Source of the DNA: Selaginella moellendorffii
Lineage: Eukaryota; Plantae; Lycopodiophyta
Reading direction: 5' to 3'
DNA length: 64,000 nucleotides
NCBI RefSeq assembly: GCF_000143415.4
Contig: NW_003314294.1
Coordinates: forward strand, 1,168,416 to 1,232,415
This document shows, in pieces, positions 34,826-49,046 of the stretch. The translations under genes and the position numbers were made by a program. The first letter of the stretch is position 1, and each line of letters starts with the position of its first letter. The notes under the pieces are model-generated. The model worked only from the letters and a program-made list of their open reading frames with translations, did no database searches and was not told the origin of the DNA.

Positions 34826-37034
34826 ATGGAGGAGCTCGACAAGGATTCGCCTCTGGCGTGCTTGCGATGCAGCAAGCCCGCGCACTTCCGGTTATTATCG
34901 CTGCGATTTCTTCGTGAATGAATGAAATGAATGGTGTTCTTCGTCACAACAGGTGTCCCAAATGCTTAGACCTCAAGCTTCCTTGGGCCAGTGCCTCGTT
35001 CTGGTATGGAATTCCTCCTCCATCTCTTCTCGCGCCCTTGCTAACAAATGCTCCCAGCTCGCAGGATTGCTTTAGAGCTGCGTGGAGCACACACAAGGTG
35101 ATTCACGCAGGCGGGCTGCCTGAGAAATCTGGGAGCGATCAACAAGTAGTGGAAGCTATGAAGCAAGGATGGCAATACTGCCTACGTAAAGGATCAGCGC
35201 GTGCTTCCGAGATTCCTTTCTTCGATTGGACTGGGTAAGCTATAGGTCGAAAGCCGTCTCTCCAACTTACAAGTTCTTCTGGCTTCCAGAGCTTTGAGAC
35301 CATATCCTATTTCTCCAAGGCGTCTTGTACCAAACCATATTCGTCGACCCGATTGGTCACTTGATGTAAGTGCTGCTGTGTTCTTTCGTTTTCTAACAAT
35401 TGTCTTTCTCTAGGGGGTTCCAAAAGAGGAACCGGCGAGCAAATGGCAAAATAGTGTGGAGGTAAGGCTTTTTTTTTTTCTCTCTGCAAGCTGGTGATTT
35501 TGTGCTTCCACAGATAAAATCTCAAGAACAAATCCAGAGAATGCGAGAGACTTGCAAGGTGCAGTTTTGTTTTTGTGTTTCTACTCGAAAAACAAAACCG
35601 TTTTGACTTCTCATTGCAGGTCGCCAGAGAAGTGCTAGACGCTGCTGCAAGAGCAATCAAGCCCGGTGTTACGACCGATGACATCGACAGAGTTGTCCAT
35701 GACGCGACTATAGCAGCTGGTATGTCAATGTGTTTCACGGCTGAAGAACATTCAATCTTTTTCCCCCGTTTTTGGTTGCTTTTCTATGTAGGCGGATATC
35801 CATCTCCTTTGAATTATCACTTCTTTCCAAAGTCTTGCTGCACGTTAGTATATGTTTCATCTGTTCGGTAGATCACAGCTGACAATTTGTTTGTTTCTTT
35901 TGTTATGCAGATCAGTGAATGAAGTTATCTGCCATGGAATTCCAGACGCAAGGTAGCTAACTACACCGCGAGATCTTGCCTGTGTGCTGATGCTTTTATC
36001 ATCGCAGGCGCTTGGAAGAGGGCGACATCGTTAATGTTGATGTCAGCGTTTACTTGAACGGCTGCCATGGTGAGGACTAGTCGCTCCTTCGATCGGTGTA
36101 AGCTTATTCTCGTCTTGGTTTGCTGTAGGTGATCTTAACGAGACATTTTTCGTTGGACAAGTCGATGAAGCATCAGTGCAGCTGGTCAAAAGCACTTACG
36201 AGTGTCTTGAGAAGGCCATTGCCATAGGTGATCAAAACTAATCATTCTCTATTTGAGCTAAACTCGTATTCTTCAGTAAAACCTGGAGTGAGGTACCGCG
36301 AGGTGGGAGACGTGATCAGCCGCCACGCTGCAATGACAGGCCTGTCGGTGGTGGGGTATTTTTATATGCTTCGCGTTAAACGCTTCTCGAGAGAGACTAA
36401 TATGCCAACCACAGGTAAAATCTTATTGTGGACACGGCATAGGCGAGCTCTTCCACTGCGCACCCAACATACCGCACTACGGACGTATCCTTGAGAGTCC
36501 CTCGTGAATTCTTTTAAAAAACTTTCCTTCTCATCCGTCTAGAGCAGACAACAAGGCAGTCGGGACGATGAAAGCCGGTCAGATATTTACAATTGAGCCG
36601 ATGATCAACAGAGGTACGTAACTTCGCTTACTCGCACTTAGGACCTTGGTTGATCGCAGAAGAAAACAAAAGAGAAAATAAAACTCTGGTGCCACTGCTA
36701 TGCTGCTGCTAAAACTCCGCTGCTCGCAGGGATTTGGCGTGATAGAATGTGGCCTGATGGCTGGACTGCTGCAACAGCTGACGGCAAACGCAGCGCGCAA
36801 TTCGAGCACACACTGCTGGTGAGTGTGAGCTTAAAGTTTAATCTTTTTCTTCCTCGACTTCTTCCAGCTAGAACAGTGTTCTAACGTGTGTGGAGCTCTT
36901 TTCTTTTCTTTGCTCTTTGTTTTTGCTTGCCTTGTGCCTATAAGGTAACGGAGAATGGTGTGGAGGTGTTAACAGCGCGTCTGCCAAGCTCGCCTAGTGT
37001 GTTCCCATGGCTGCTGGGCGGCTCCACACAATAA
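34826..37034 (+). CDS. MAP1A: Cytosolic methionine aminopeptidase 1 with N-terminal zinc finger, multi-exon
   Basis: Exons give [13 protein letters not shown]...[80 protein letters not shown]. Confidence 0.93.
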
Positions 37035-37451
37035 GACGTAACTTTTATATAGGAGAAGGGGCTCGCTCACTGCTTGACTGGTGCGATTTGTCCCCACGTG
37101 GACGGCGGCGACGCGGCCCGCGTGTCGGGATATTCTCTCCCCCTGCCGGCGAATATGCCGCTTAACCAAACCCGGGTGGGTTAAGCTGTGATTTAAGTTA
37201 TAGTAGGGCGGCCCTTTTATGTTGTCGTCTCCCATTTTGCGGTTTCTTCACAGTGCGTGCCGCTTGCGATCATCCTCATTTTTGTTCTTCCTTCTTCCTC
37301 TCCTCCATAGCTAGGGGCGCTTGGATCTAGGTCGGAGATCCAATTCCAGGCGCCGCCGATCCATTCATCGCTCGCTCGCTCGCTCGCTCGCCCCCAATCG
37401 ATTGATCGGTGGGCGGCATTTTGGGGGTGAATGCCCCGGTAGGGCTTGGCG

Positions 37452-38043
37452 ATGGCGCCCAGGAAGGGTGTGGCGGCGGCGGCGGCGGGGAAGCAGCAAG
37501 ATCAAGGGGCGCATTTCCGTGGCGTGAGGAAGCGGCCATGGGGCCGATACGCGGCGGAGATCAGAGATCCATGGAAGAAGGTGAGGGTATGGCTGGGGAC
37601 GTTCGATACCGCGGAGGAGGCGGCGCGGGCCTACGACAATGCGGCCCGGGCATTGCGAGGCGCAAAGGCCAAGACCAATTTCTCGACCATGTCGCCATCG
37701 CTCTACCCTGGCGGCGCTGGTGGCGGTGGCGGCGGCGGTGGCGGTGCTGGTATGGGCGGCGGCGATGATCGCCAGAGCACCAGCCACAGCAGCACGGTGG
37801 AATCTTACAACACGCCCACGCCAGTCGTCAAGAAGAACAAGGCGGCGGTAGTGGCGGCGGCGGCGGCGGCGGCGGTGGACACCATGACAATGACGATTAA
37901 CAACACGAGCAATTGCTACACGAGTAGCTGCGGGAATCATCGGGCAGGGATGGTGGAGAATGGCGATTTCACCAAGAACGTCATCGCCAGCACCGTCAAG
38001 AACAGCAACAAGAGGGTGAGGAGGGTGCTGGATTGGATGCCCG

Positions 38044-38074
<31 letters not shown>

Positions 38075-38285
38075 CCCGCTGCTAGGCCCCCAGCACAGCG
38101 ATTGCGATTCTTCTTCGTCGGTGGTGGACGAGGCTGATACGAGCTCCTCTCCACGCCAGGATCAGCAGCTCCACCACCACCAATCTCTCTCGCTTTCCTC
38201 GTCCCGAGCACACGGTATACTCTTTCCTCCTCTCCTCCTCTTAGATCTCAATCTTCCTCCGCCTCCAGAGGCGGTGCTGGAGTGA
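37452..38285 (+). CDS. AP2/ERF transcription factor with C-terminal EAR motif (repressor type)
   Basis: [20 protein letters not shown]...[16 protein letters not shown]; [11 protein letters not shown]; LDLNLPPP. Confidence 0.95.
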
Positions 38286-39098
38286 CTGATCTGGATTGAT
38301 TGAGAGATTGAGAGAAAAGAGAGAGAGATAGCTCCTATTTGTTTGTACATTCTTTGTTCCGTTTTTTTTTTCTTGCTGGGCAACCGCCATAGATCTTCCA
38401 GCCAGCCAGCCACACACTCAAAGATTTCAAAGCCACAGCCGCAATTTGTTTATACAAAGAAGAGGAGGAGGAGAAAATCACAAATCCATCACCACAGCAC
38501 CACAAGAACACCATGAGAAAAAGTTTCTTCCAAGAACCAAGAGACTATTTACTAACTAGGAGGTAGAGGCATTTAGAGAGGAAGAGAGGGAGAGAGCTAT
38601 TCCTTTCTCCTTCTCAACTCGAGAGGAGAAAGAAACGAAAGAAGAGAATTTCTAGCTTTTTGTTGTTGTATTACTTCCACCATTTAATTGTTATAGCGAT
38701 AAGTATTTAGCAATGCTTGTTCTTGAGGAGATTCCACGTCCATGGAGCTCTTTCCTGCGAATATGCTCGATCGACCATGTGGTATTTCCAAGATTTTTGC
38801 GAGAGCGCGGCAATCTGGCGGGCCGCTCGGCCAGGAATCTCTTCACCTGGATTTCCATGCTGCGGCATTTGCCGGATTGATCCTACACGAGGCATCGCGA
38901 TCCCGATCCCAGGGAATGCTTGTTTGATGCGACGCTGGGCGGGAGATCAAGGGAGTCTGTGCAGATTGGAGGTCTTTCCGCGAGGATTTCTTCTTCCAGT
39001 GCGACACCGCGGTGCTAGGGTTCTGCTAGATCGATGCCGGAGATGTTTCAAGCGGGGATATTTGCTTCTCAAGAACCCTAGAAGGGTTTTGGGACCAG

Positions 39099-42000
39099 AT
39101 GTCTCCCGAGCAAGGGTAAGGTGATCGAGCGAGCGATCCATCGGTGCTGATGTTTGTGTTCTAGGAGCTACGCTGGATTGGATGCGCCAGTGAAAACTGC
39201 TGTGGACAAGTTCCAGCTTCTTCCAGCGTTTCACAAGGTATGTATGACCTCTCTTTTAGTCATGATTTTTTTTCTCTTTTGCTCGCGCTCGTAGGTCCGG
39301 GGTCTTGTGAAGCAGCACCTCGATTCATACAATTACTTTGTGAATTGCGAGATCAAGAAGATCATCCATGCCAAAGGAAACGAGAAGATCACTAGCGATG
39401 TCGATCCCAACTTTTACATCAAGTATGCTTGTGACACCTTTCAATACTTCACGAACATCCTCTTCAGGTTTTTGGACATTTTCGTTGGAACACCATCGAT
39501 CGAGCAAGACTACATTCGGCAGGATATTACCCCGCAGCAGTGCCGCTTGCGAGATATGACGTATGGTTTTTTCTTTTCTTCTTCGTTTTCTCCATTCTGC
39601 TTTGAAATGCCTTTCTTTTTGTTCTGAGAGCTTACAGTGCTTTCGTTCTATAATCAGGTATTCTGCCCCTATCAGTGTTGATATCGAGTACACAAGGGGC
39701 AAGGATATCATAACTCGCAAGGGAAAGGATGGCCAGGTGTGCAAATGTCTTTTTACTTTTTTCATTCCTTCTATTTGTTTGGAGAGCTTACAAAGCTGAA
39801 ACTGCAGGGAGCACAAGTAATTGGACGCATGCCAGTGATGCTAAGGAGCTCTCGTTGCATTCTTACTGGAAAATCTGATGCTGAACTTGCGAAGCTTGGT
39901 AGAGCTTTTGGCTTTTCTTTGGTGCTGAATTCCATTTGATTTTTGTTCCCAGGAGAATGCCCGCTCGATCCCGGTGGCTATTTTGTTGTGAAAGGAACAG
40001 AGAAGGTATGACCAACTCTTGTTTTCAGTTGACACATCTCTTGACGGGCAGGTGATTTTGATTCAAGAACAACTTTCCAAGAACAGGATCATCATTGACT
40101 CTGATAGCACTGGGAGGTGTGTTGAATGACGCCTTTGTTAAGATGACTCACGTTGATCTTGCAGCGTCACAGCCTCTGTCACTAGCAGTACACATGAGAG
40201 GAAAAGCAAGACGAATATCATCATAAAGCATGAAAAAATCTATGTAAAGCTAAACGTGTTCAGCGACGACGTAAGTGAGTATGTTACCTGGGAAAGATCA
40301 CTACTGATGCAATTTGCAGGTTCCCATAGTTGTGGTCATGAAAGCTATGGGAATGGAGAGTGACCAAGAGATTATACAGATGGTCGGGACGGATCCAAAG
40401 TTCGCTGGGATACTTGCTCCTTCCATGCAGGTCAATTCATTTTTTACTTTCTGAAAACTTGTCTACAATCTTTCCGTCGCAGGAATGTGCTTCGTTGGGT
40501 GTATACACAACTCATCAAGCTCTTGAGTACCTTGGAACAAAGGTCTGACTTGTAATTATGCACGCATGTGGTTAACTTGTGGAAAACTTTTCCAGGTCAG
40601 GGTAAATAGACAATGGGGCAGCAAGCAAACTAAGTCTAAGGTATGTCCATTTGAAACGCAGTCCAGCTGAAAAACTTATGTTCCAGGTTGATGAAGCCCG
40701 TGATATCTTGTTAAACGTTTTTCTGGCCCATGTAGCTGTAAGTCCTTGTTGATCTCAGTTGGCCACGCGCTTAGAATCTCGTCCTTGTTTAGGTTCATAG
40801 ATACGATTTCCGGCCAAAGTGCATCTATGTGGCACTGATGCTCAGGCGGATGCTAGAAGCGATTCTTGATAAAGAGTGTGTAGACGACAGGGTAAGTACA
40901 TTGTGTCAAGACTTTGTACAGCTAACATGATTCAAACCAGGACTATGTTGGAAACAAGCGACTGGAACTCGCTGGCCAGCTTCTTGCTTTGCTGTTTGAG
41001 GTTCGTGTTTCTTCCCCTTACATTGGCAAAGGATTATATTCTTTTTCCAGGATCTCTTCAAAAGGTCTTGTAGTGAGCTGAAGAGCAATGTGGATCGCAC
41101 ACTATCCAAAATGAACCGTGCCTCTCAATACGACGTTTCGAAGGTGCGTTTTTGGTACAGTTTGCACTAGAGATTAATAAGGTTTTTTGTTCTTTTGATG
41201 CAGTCATTGAAACCAGACATGCTTACAAGCGGACTGGAAAATGCAATCTCTAGTGGCAATTGGACAGTAAAGCGATTCAGGATGGACAAGAAAGGTGTCA
41301 CGCAGGTTGATCGATCTCTTCCTGTTTTTGTTTTTGTTTTACTTTGGATGACATGTAAATCAATGCAGGTAGTGTCGAGGCTCTCATATATAGCTGCTCT
41401 AGGCCATATGACGAGAGTGGCGTCTCAGTTTGAGAAGTCGAGAAAAGTGAGCGGTCCTAGATCTTTGCAGCCGAGCCAGGTTTTGCCAACTCAAGTCGAC
41501 CACACATTATGTTCTAAATTTTCGTTTTTCAGTGGGGTATGTTATGTCCTTGTGACACTCCTGAAGGTGAAGGTTGCGGTCTCACAAAAAACTTGGCACT
41601 AATGACACATATCACGACTGATGATGAGGAAGCGCCTCTGATTGACCTGGTAAGGAAACACAATTTTTTTGTATTTTTTAAGTTTATGTCATTCTTATGA
41701 TTAGTGCACCAATTTGGGAGTGGAGGATATCAACCTCCTGTCCGGAGAAGAGTTTCACTCTAAAAACGCGTTTCTTGTAATGTTCAACGGTACGATTCTC
41801 GGTATTCATCGCCGCCCGCAGGTATGTTCCGTCTCGGTTACTTTTTTCTTACGTTATTCTTGCATGCAGCAATTTGCGACGTTGATGAGGAAGCTTCGAC
41901 GGGCAGGAAAGATTGGAGAATTTGTCAGCATTTTCGTTAATGAAAAGCAGGTACCCGTTTCTTGTATATTGTTTGCTGACTAACTTAGCTTCGGCCAGCG

Positions 42001-44447
42001 CTGCATTTATATTGCTTCAGACGGTGGACGAGTCTGCAGGCCTGTGGTGATCGCAGACCATGGTGTATCAAGAATCAAGGAGCATCACATGAAGGAGTTA
42101 AAGGTACCTCTTTTGTGTTTGAAATTTACGATCCCTCTCTTTTTTATATTTTCAGGATGGCTTTCGTACATTCGATGATTTCTTAAGAGAAGGACTCGTT
42201 GAGTATCTGGACGTCAACGAAGAAAACAATGCTCTGGTTGCCAATGCATGCTTCTCTATGGTGTCTCTAATTAGTTTTGTTGGCAGATAGCACTTTATGA
42301 AAAAGAAGCAGACTCTACGACCACTCATATAGAGATCGAGCCTTTTACAATTCTTGGCGTATGTGCTGGGCTGATCCCTTATCCCCATCACAATCAATCG
42401 CCACGTAATACTTACCAGGTAGGTGCCCCTAGTGCTACATTTTTACTACGCTAATGCTGATCTTGATCTAGTGTGCTATGGGAAAACAAGCGATGGGTAA
42501 TATAGCCTATAATCAGGTCTGTTGTACTAGCTTGCGCTCGGATCAAATCTGACTTGCTACCTTTGCAGCTTCAAAGAATAGACACGCTACTCTACCTTTT
42601 GGTCTATCCGCAACGTCCACTTCTCACTACCAAATCAATTGAGCTGGTATTGTTAATCTGTCACCGTCTCACTCTTTAAATTGTTTTTATTCCAGGTTAA
42701 CTATGACAAACTTGGTGCTGGTCAAAATGCAAGCGTCGCGGTTATGAGCTACAGTGGTTATGATATTGAAGATGCAATTGTCATGAACAAGGCCTCACTT
42801 GACAGAGGATTTGGGCGTTGCATCGTTTTAAAAAAGTAAGCAGCACGACTTGCTGCTTGATTGAACTTGATTTCTTGTTCAGGTTCAGTTGCCTGGTTAG
42901 AAAGTATGAAAACCGTACAATGGATCGGATTGTTGCTCCGCGACAGCATGGTCATGCGACGTCACAGGTAGATGCTCGTTTATCAGCTTCCAAATTACAT
43001 CCATATATTCTACAGTTGCTTGATCAAGATGGTATTGCTTCTGTTGGGGAGAGAATTTACGATAAGGACATATTCGTGAACAAAGAGAGCCCGAAGGATG
43101 TGAAGACCACTTTCTTAAATCCTCTAGCTTTGCCTGACAGGTACACGGAATGTGTTAAACGAAACCACTGTGGACGTGGATGTTTTGTGCAGTGCCTATA
43201 GGCCTACTCCCCAGCGTTACAAAGGACCTCTTGGCGAAAGTGCAATCGTCGACAAGGTTTTGCTGACTACAAACGAAAGTCAGCAGATGGTTATCAAGTG
43301 TCAAGTTCGACACACACGGCGGCCCGAGGTTTGTGGCTTTGCTTTACAGACTCAACTGATTTCGTTCTGGCATGTAGCTTGGAGACAAGTTTAGCAGCAG
43401 GCATGGGCAAAAAGGTGTATGTGGAACTATAGTGGAGCAACAGGACTTCCCGTTCACAGAGCGTGGTGTATGCCCGGACCTTATCATGAATCCTCACGGA
43501 TTTCCAAGGTACTTGCGAAGATCTAGTTTCCAATGACTGAAATTGCGTTGCAGTCGTATGACCGTGGGAAAGATGATTGAGCTGCTTGGAGGAAAAGCAG
43601 GCGTTCAAAGTGGAAAGTACCATTATGGTAGCGCTTTCGGTGAACCCAGTGGCCATGCTGATACTGTAGAAGCCATAAGGTAAACCTGGCTCCAACCTTC
43701 ATGACCAGAGGCTTATAATTATTTTGTTGTTTCTTTATCAGTGCCACCCTTGTCAAACATGGGTTCAGCTACTGTGGTAAAGACCTTATCTATTCAGGTA
43801 ATCTTACGGTTGATTGCCTCTTTGTTATGACATACAATACGATTGCAGGTATCACTGGGTGTCCTTTGCAAGCATACATCTACATGGGTCCGATTTACTA
43901 CCAAAAGCTAAAACACATGGTAAACAGACGTATCTTTTAACTAGTTGGTTCTCATCTTCTATGATCTCTGGTGGCAGGTTTTGGATAAAATGCACGCTCG
44001 GGCTCAAGGCCCTCGTGTAGTATTGACAAGGCAGCCTACTGAAGGAAGAAGCCGAGAGGGAGGTCTGAGGCTGGGGGAAATGGAACGGGACTGCCTCGTC
44101 GCGTACGGCTCAAGCATGCTCATACTGGAGCGTTTGATGATTTCCAGCGACCAGTTTCAAGTGCAGGTTAGTGCATCTTGTTTTCTCCGTGTTCTCAACG
44201 CGTTTGAATGGCAGGTGTGCACAAACTGCGGTTTGCTGGGCTATTACAGCCACAAACTAAAAATGAACTTCTGCTCGTACTGTAAAAACGGAGAGAACAT
44301 GGCCGCGATGAAGCTACCGTATGCATGCAAATTACTGTTCCAAGTAAGTCATCATTTTCCTTTGCGTCCCGAATCTTAGTGGTAGCATTGTTACAGGAGC
44401 TCCAGTCTATGAACATAGTTCCTCGTCTGCAACTGGCCGAAGCATGA
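39099..44447 (+). CDS. NRPC2: RNA polymerase III second-largest subunit, many short introns
   Basis: [103 protein letters not shown]. Confidence 0.93.
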
Positions 44448-45534
44448 AATAGAGCTCTTAAATGCTTATCAGGTTGCTTGTCTCTCGACGAATTGGAATG
44501 GATTATTCCACGTCGATTCGAGATTTTTGTGAGGCCGCGAGCTTGATCGGAAAAACTTGGATCAAGTTTAATACATCTCTGAATAGAACCGCTGATTTCT
44601 CGTTGGCAAAGGTAGCAAGGCAGCCATTTGCATATCATTAAATAAATCCAACTTATCGATTGATATCGCTGGAACTCGTCCGCAATCTCTTGCAAGATAT
44701 CCTTAAATAAATTCAGATATCAAAACTTTCTTTCAAGTTTTTGCTTATTTTCGAGATTGCTTTGACATGCTCCTATGCTTCTGCTAAGCATTACTTCTCA
44801 AACCTGGTGTGCGGTCTGGCCGGGCAAAATTGCTGCAGATCAGTGGGAATAGACTGTTTGTCAAACACACCATCAGGAATTAAAATATCCTATCTATATG
44901 ATTAATATTCACAGACCATTGTTATCTTAAAATAGAAAAGCTTGCATATAATTATTCAGATGCGTGGAACTCAATGTTAGGGATCATGGTTTGCTCAGAC
45001 TGGCCTGTGTGACTTTTCTGACTCCAGAATGTGCTGTTAAAGACCATGTCAGCTGGAATGCTACATTCATAGAAAATACAGATTTTCTTGAATCTTTGAA
45101 GAATTTTTACATTTTCCAAGCATGAAGATGGCAGGCGCATGGGACAACAGGATTATGGGTGGATGGTGGGTATCATTGTTGACTGATAATCTCAAGCGTT
45201 AGTAACAAAGAATTTGAGGATGGAGCAAAGTAGAAGTAAGCTGAACCACAACCCTTTGAAACTTGTATCTTATAGAGGAGAGAGTAAACAGAATCTCGCT
45301 TGCAAAGACATGGACCCCCTAATTATTAATCAAGGAGAAAGGTGGTGCTATATTTAGGTACTACAGCAGCTCCAATGTTTAGTTTTTCTTCTTTTCTTTG
45401 ACTAGTTAATAAAATTTGTATTATATTAATCTTGTTGCAAACATAGTGTTAGAAGAAGGGTATTTAGACCTCTTAAAAAATAAAGAATTTTTTTATTGCA
45501 TGATAATACTTTTATTAAAATTTCAATTCTATTT

Positions 45535-46398
45535 TTAACAATGGGTGTTTGTTGCCCATAATCTTATATTTGGTGAAGTTGAAGAATATAATACTAAATT
45601 ACAATCATTTTGTAAACTAAGAAATGTTGGTGAAATACAATTAGGTTGTGATTTACAATAAATGTTTATTGACCATTCTACTATATTTAATTCTGAATAC
45701 AAAACAAGGTTACCATCATTTTGTAATCTTAAAAAGCATTTTATAGCATTTTCTTTCATAGTTAAAGTTTGCCAAATTTTATATTGTCTTAAATATAAAA
45801 TTAAGTTACAATTCAAATGTAGAAATAAAATGGTTTTAAAGTCTGGTGATGATAAATATTCATTAGAGAATAAAGTATGATGTGGTTTATATTTAGAACC
45901 ACTATATAAAGTACTTTGAAATATATCACAATCCATAATAGATTGTAATCTTTTAGTTTTATAATTAATTTTTTCAGTTTCATAAGAGCCATCTTCACTA
46001 TAATAAATTTGATATTTGCTAGCAGTTATTATTGCATAATTTGCAGCTTCGGTTAAAATTTGGAATCTATATTTATTAAACAACCTATGAAGTCCATCAT
46101 ACATAGAACGCCCTTTTATGTTATTTGTATTTCCACTGGATGAACAACTTGGAGGTGTACCTCCAAACTGTGATATTTTAATGACTACTATTCCTATTGA
46201 TAATGGTAATGTAGTAGTATGTGACCAAATTGTTGGATAATTATCTCCTCTATCAATATTTGAGATAATAGTGTCTATAGCATTGACAATTTTCTGCATA
46301 TTACTGTAACTTATGGTTTTTCTAATTCCAAATTCAGGTGATGCATGTCCAGTTTGAAAACAAAATGCAAAGAAAATCAAAACATTAATAAAACACAT
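45535..46398 (-). CDS. Secreted protein with C-terminal bulb-type (GNA/B-type) lectin domain; intronless, very AT-rich
   Basis: Signal-peptide-like start; two QxDxNxVxY motifs (LQNDGNLVLY, LQNDCNLVLY) and terminal LWATNT. A 287-aa ORF is unlikely by chance in such AT-rich DNA. Confidence 0.8.
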   Translation of the reverse strand: MCFINVLIFFAFCFQTGHASPEFGIRKTISYSNMQKIVNAIDTIISNIDRGDNYPTIWSHTTTLPLSIGIVVIKISQFGGTPPSCSSSGNTNNIKGRSMYDGLHRLFNKYRFQILTEAANYAIITASKYQIYYSEDGSYETEKINYKTKRLQSIMDCDIFQSTLYSGSKYKPHHTLFSNEYLSSPDFKTILFLHLNCNLILYLRQYKIWQTLTMKENAIKCFLRLQNDGNLVLYSELNIVEWSINIYCKSQPNCISPTFLSLQNDCNLVLYSSTSPNIRLWATNTHC

Positions 46399-48525
46399 TT
46401 ATTGATATGACACAGCCACACTTTCCATATCCTTTCATCTTTATACCATTTTTTATTATGTCACTATTTGAAGTAAAAAATAGTGAATTTTTTTTTTAAA
46501 AAAGCTGTTTTGAAAAAGAAACAAGTTTGAGTTCTTTTTTGCTTTTGTCAGGAACTTTTGCTCATTGGGACTGCCAACAACAAAACTTACGTTATTCTTT
46601 GTTCAACATGTAGTTTATTAGTTGCCAATGTGAATACAATCTCATTATTCTCTATTGTTAATCTTGGACGTATCACTACAAAATCCTTATGTGAAATAGC
46701 TTTTGGAAAAATAAAAGGAGACAGATTTTCCTTAGCTCTAAAAAATTAATGTTATGTTTGGAGCAAGATGACTGTCTTTTTCCTAGGATATCTTATAAAT
46801 AGAATAGTTTACATACAATTATATGGCACTAAGAATAAGTTTAATTGATGATGCTGTCCAGATCTTCCTAACGGTGATGAGTTTCTCTTCTCAACAGGGT
46901 AACTTGTGAATCCATTAGCTTAAATTCTGATATGTGTTAAATTGAGCATGTTTGATTCCTACTATCATGATTTTTCTAGCTCCAAACATGTCTATGCACA
47001 TAAAGATAATATCAATAATATAAGCAACATCAAACTGAAATGCAACACTAGTGTTTTTCTTTTATAATTAAGGATGGAATGTTTGCTTTTCTTCGGTTAT
47101 AGCACCTTGGACTACCACAAGGAGCTGGCAAAACCAAGAGAATGATGGGAAATATCAAACACTGCTCTCTAACTTACTGATTGGCATCCTAGAACTTGAA
47201 GCTATATTGTCATCGATTGATGTATTAGCCTTCGCAGCTTAATACCAGGTGATTTTGTCTCGAGCTGCCAGATTGTTTTTACGTCCCAACCTGTGACAAA
47301 ATGGGAAGAAAGTTTGAGCATCCTCCCATCAGCTAATCGAAGAACTAAGTTGCTCATTGCACGCGGTAAGTATCATTACACAGGCTTAGAATATTTTGGT
47401 GATGCTTTTCAAGCCTTCCATCTCTATGGGAGCCGCATCTGGCCTCTCCAAAGTCATAGATATCATTTGACCACCTGTTAGCAAGAGTATGGCTCTTTGT
47501 TACAAAAAGCCAGTGAAAAAATCCCTAAGTAATAAAAATTTACTTTATAAAGTGTACATGCAAGTTGAAATACACCCTAATCAAAGTTTTTAAACTTTGA
47601 GAAAGTTTACCTCACTGTGGCCACTCAAACAGCCATTGCACCTACCATAGATGCCATGGGTGCTTGCCAATTTTTTGCAGCTTCTAATCAAATTTGAAAT
47701 ATATATTAACTTATTTGTCTATGAAACAAAGTACGCCTTTTTATTTTATTTGCATTCCAACTTAATATGACAACTAATAATGGTCCATCAATATTTAGAT
47801 AATAGAATCTTCCGCATGGACAACTATTTGCATATATCCTTCTAATTCAGTTCCAATTCTTTTTCAGGGGGCTAATTTTATAACTTATTTTAGCTGAAAG
47901 TATTTTATCTTTGTGTTGGTGTTTCCTATGAACTTTTCCAACAAACAAGTATAGAACTACGCTAAAAGGGATATTCTCAGGCTTGAGAATATTCCTAACA
48001 GCCATAAAGATTTTCCAAGGCCGCGACGAAAAGCTACATGGCTGTGCTACAAGAGCGTCTATTACTGTATCTACATCCCCTTTGATTCGTACCTGGATGG
48101 CCTTGGCACCTAGCTCCTGCACCTCTATCCCAATCTCGACCTCTGGAGGCTTCTCGTCGGGAATCCCGTGTTCATCGAGGTATGTAAGCTTTGCTTTTGA
48201 ATGGATTGATCAGGGATTATCTCATGGATCAAAATCGAAGGCCAAGAGGAGCTGCCAGTCGTAACTCCAGAGGTCCTGGAATTACTCGTCTCGGCTGACA
48301 TGGATTGGTTCTCCATTCTAAGCAGCTTGACAGGGAATCCAAAGCTTTGGTACCGGGTGCTCGAGGTGGGCTTCCTCGTCTTCTCCACGACGTGTGTCTT
48401 TGCCCCGCGAAGAACATGGTTCATCGAGTACACTTACGTGATCGATCTCGACACGGGCAGCCTTGCCGTCAACAATGGCTACAATCTCATCAGCTTCAAC
48501 ATGTCAACTGGATCTCCTACATGGA

Positions 48526-49013
48526 TGTGAGACACAAAATCCCTAGACCCCAAAGTGGAGCCGGAAGGGCGCCACGTGGTAGTGGCCGAAGCGAAAGCCA
48601 AACGAACGTAACACGTTTGGACTAAAAGCTCTGACTTGAAAAGGTCGAGAGTGGGAGTGGAACTCCCAACGAAGTGCTCGAGGAATAAGCACGAAGCGAG
48701 CAATAAGCAAGGCTCCAAAAAGGGACCCAAAAGGACCAACGCATGACACATGGAAGTGTCCGAGAAGGACCCCGAGATGGAGTCCGAGGTGGAGTCTGAG
48801 GTGGAGTCCGAGGTGGAGTCCGAGGTGGACCCGAGATGGATCCGAGATTGAGTCCGAGACGGACCCGAGACGGACTCCGAGATGGACCCGAGATGGACCC
48901 GAGATGGAGTCCAAGATGGACCCGAGATGGAGTCCGAGATGGAGTCCGAGATGGACCCGAGATGGAGTCCGAAGTCGAGACCGAGACCGGGGCCGAGACC
49001 GGGACCGAGCCGG

Positions 49014-49046
<33 letters not shown>

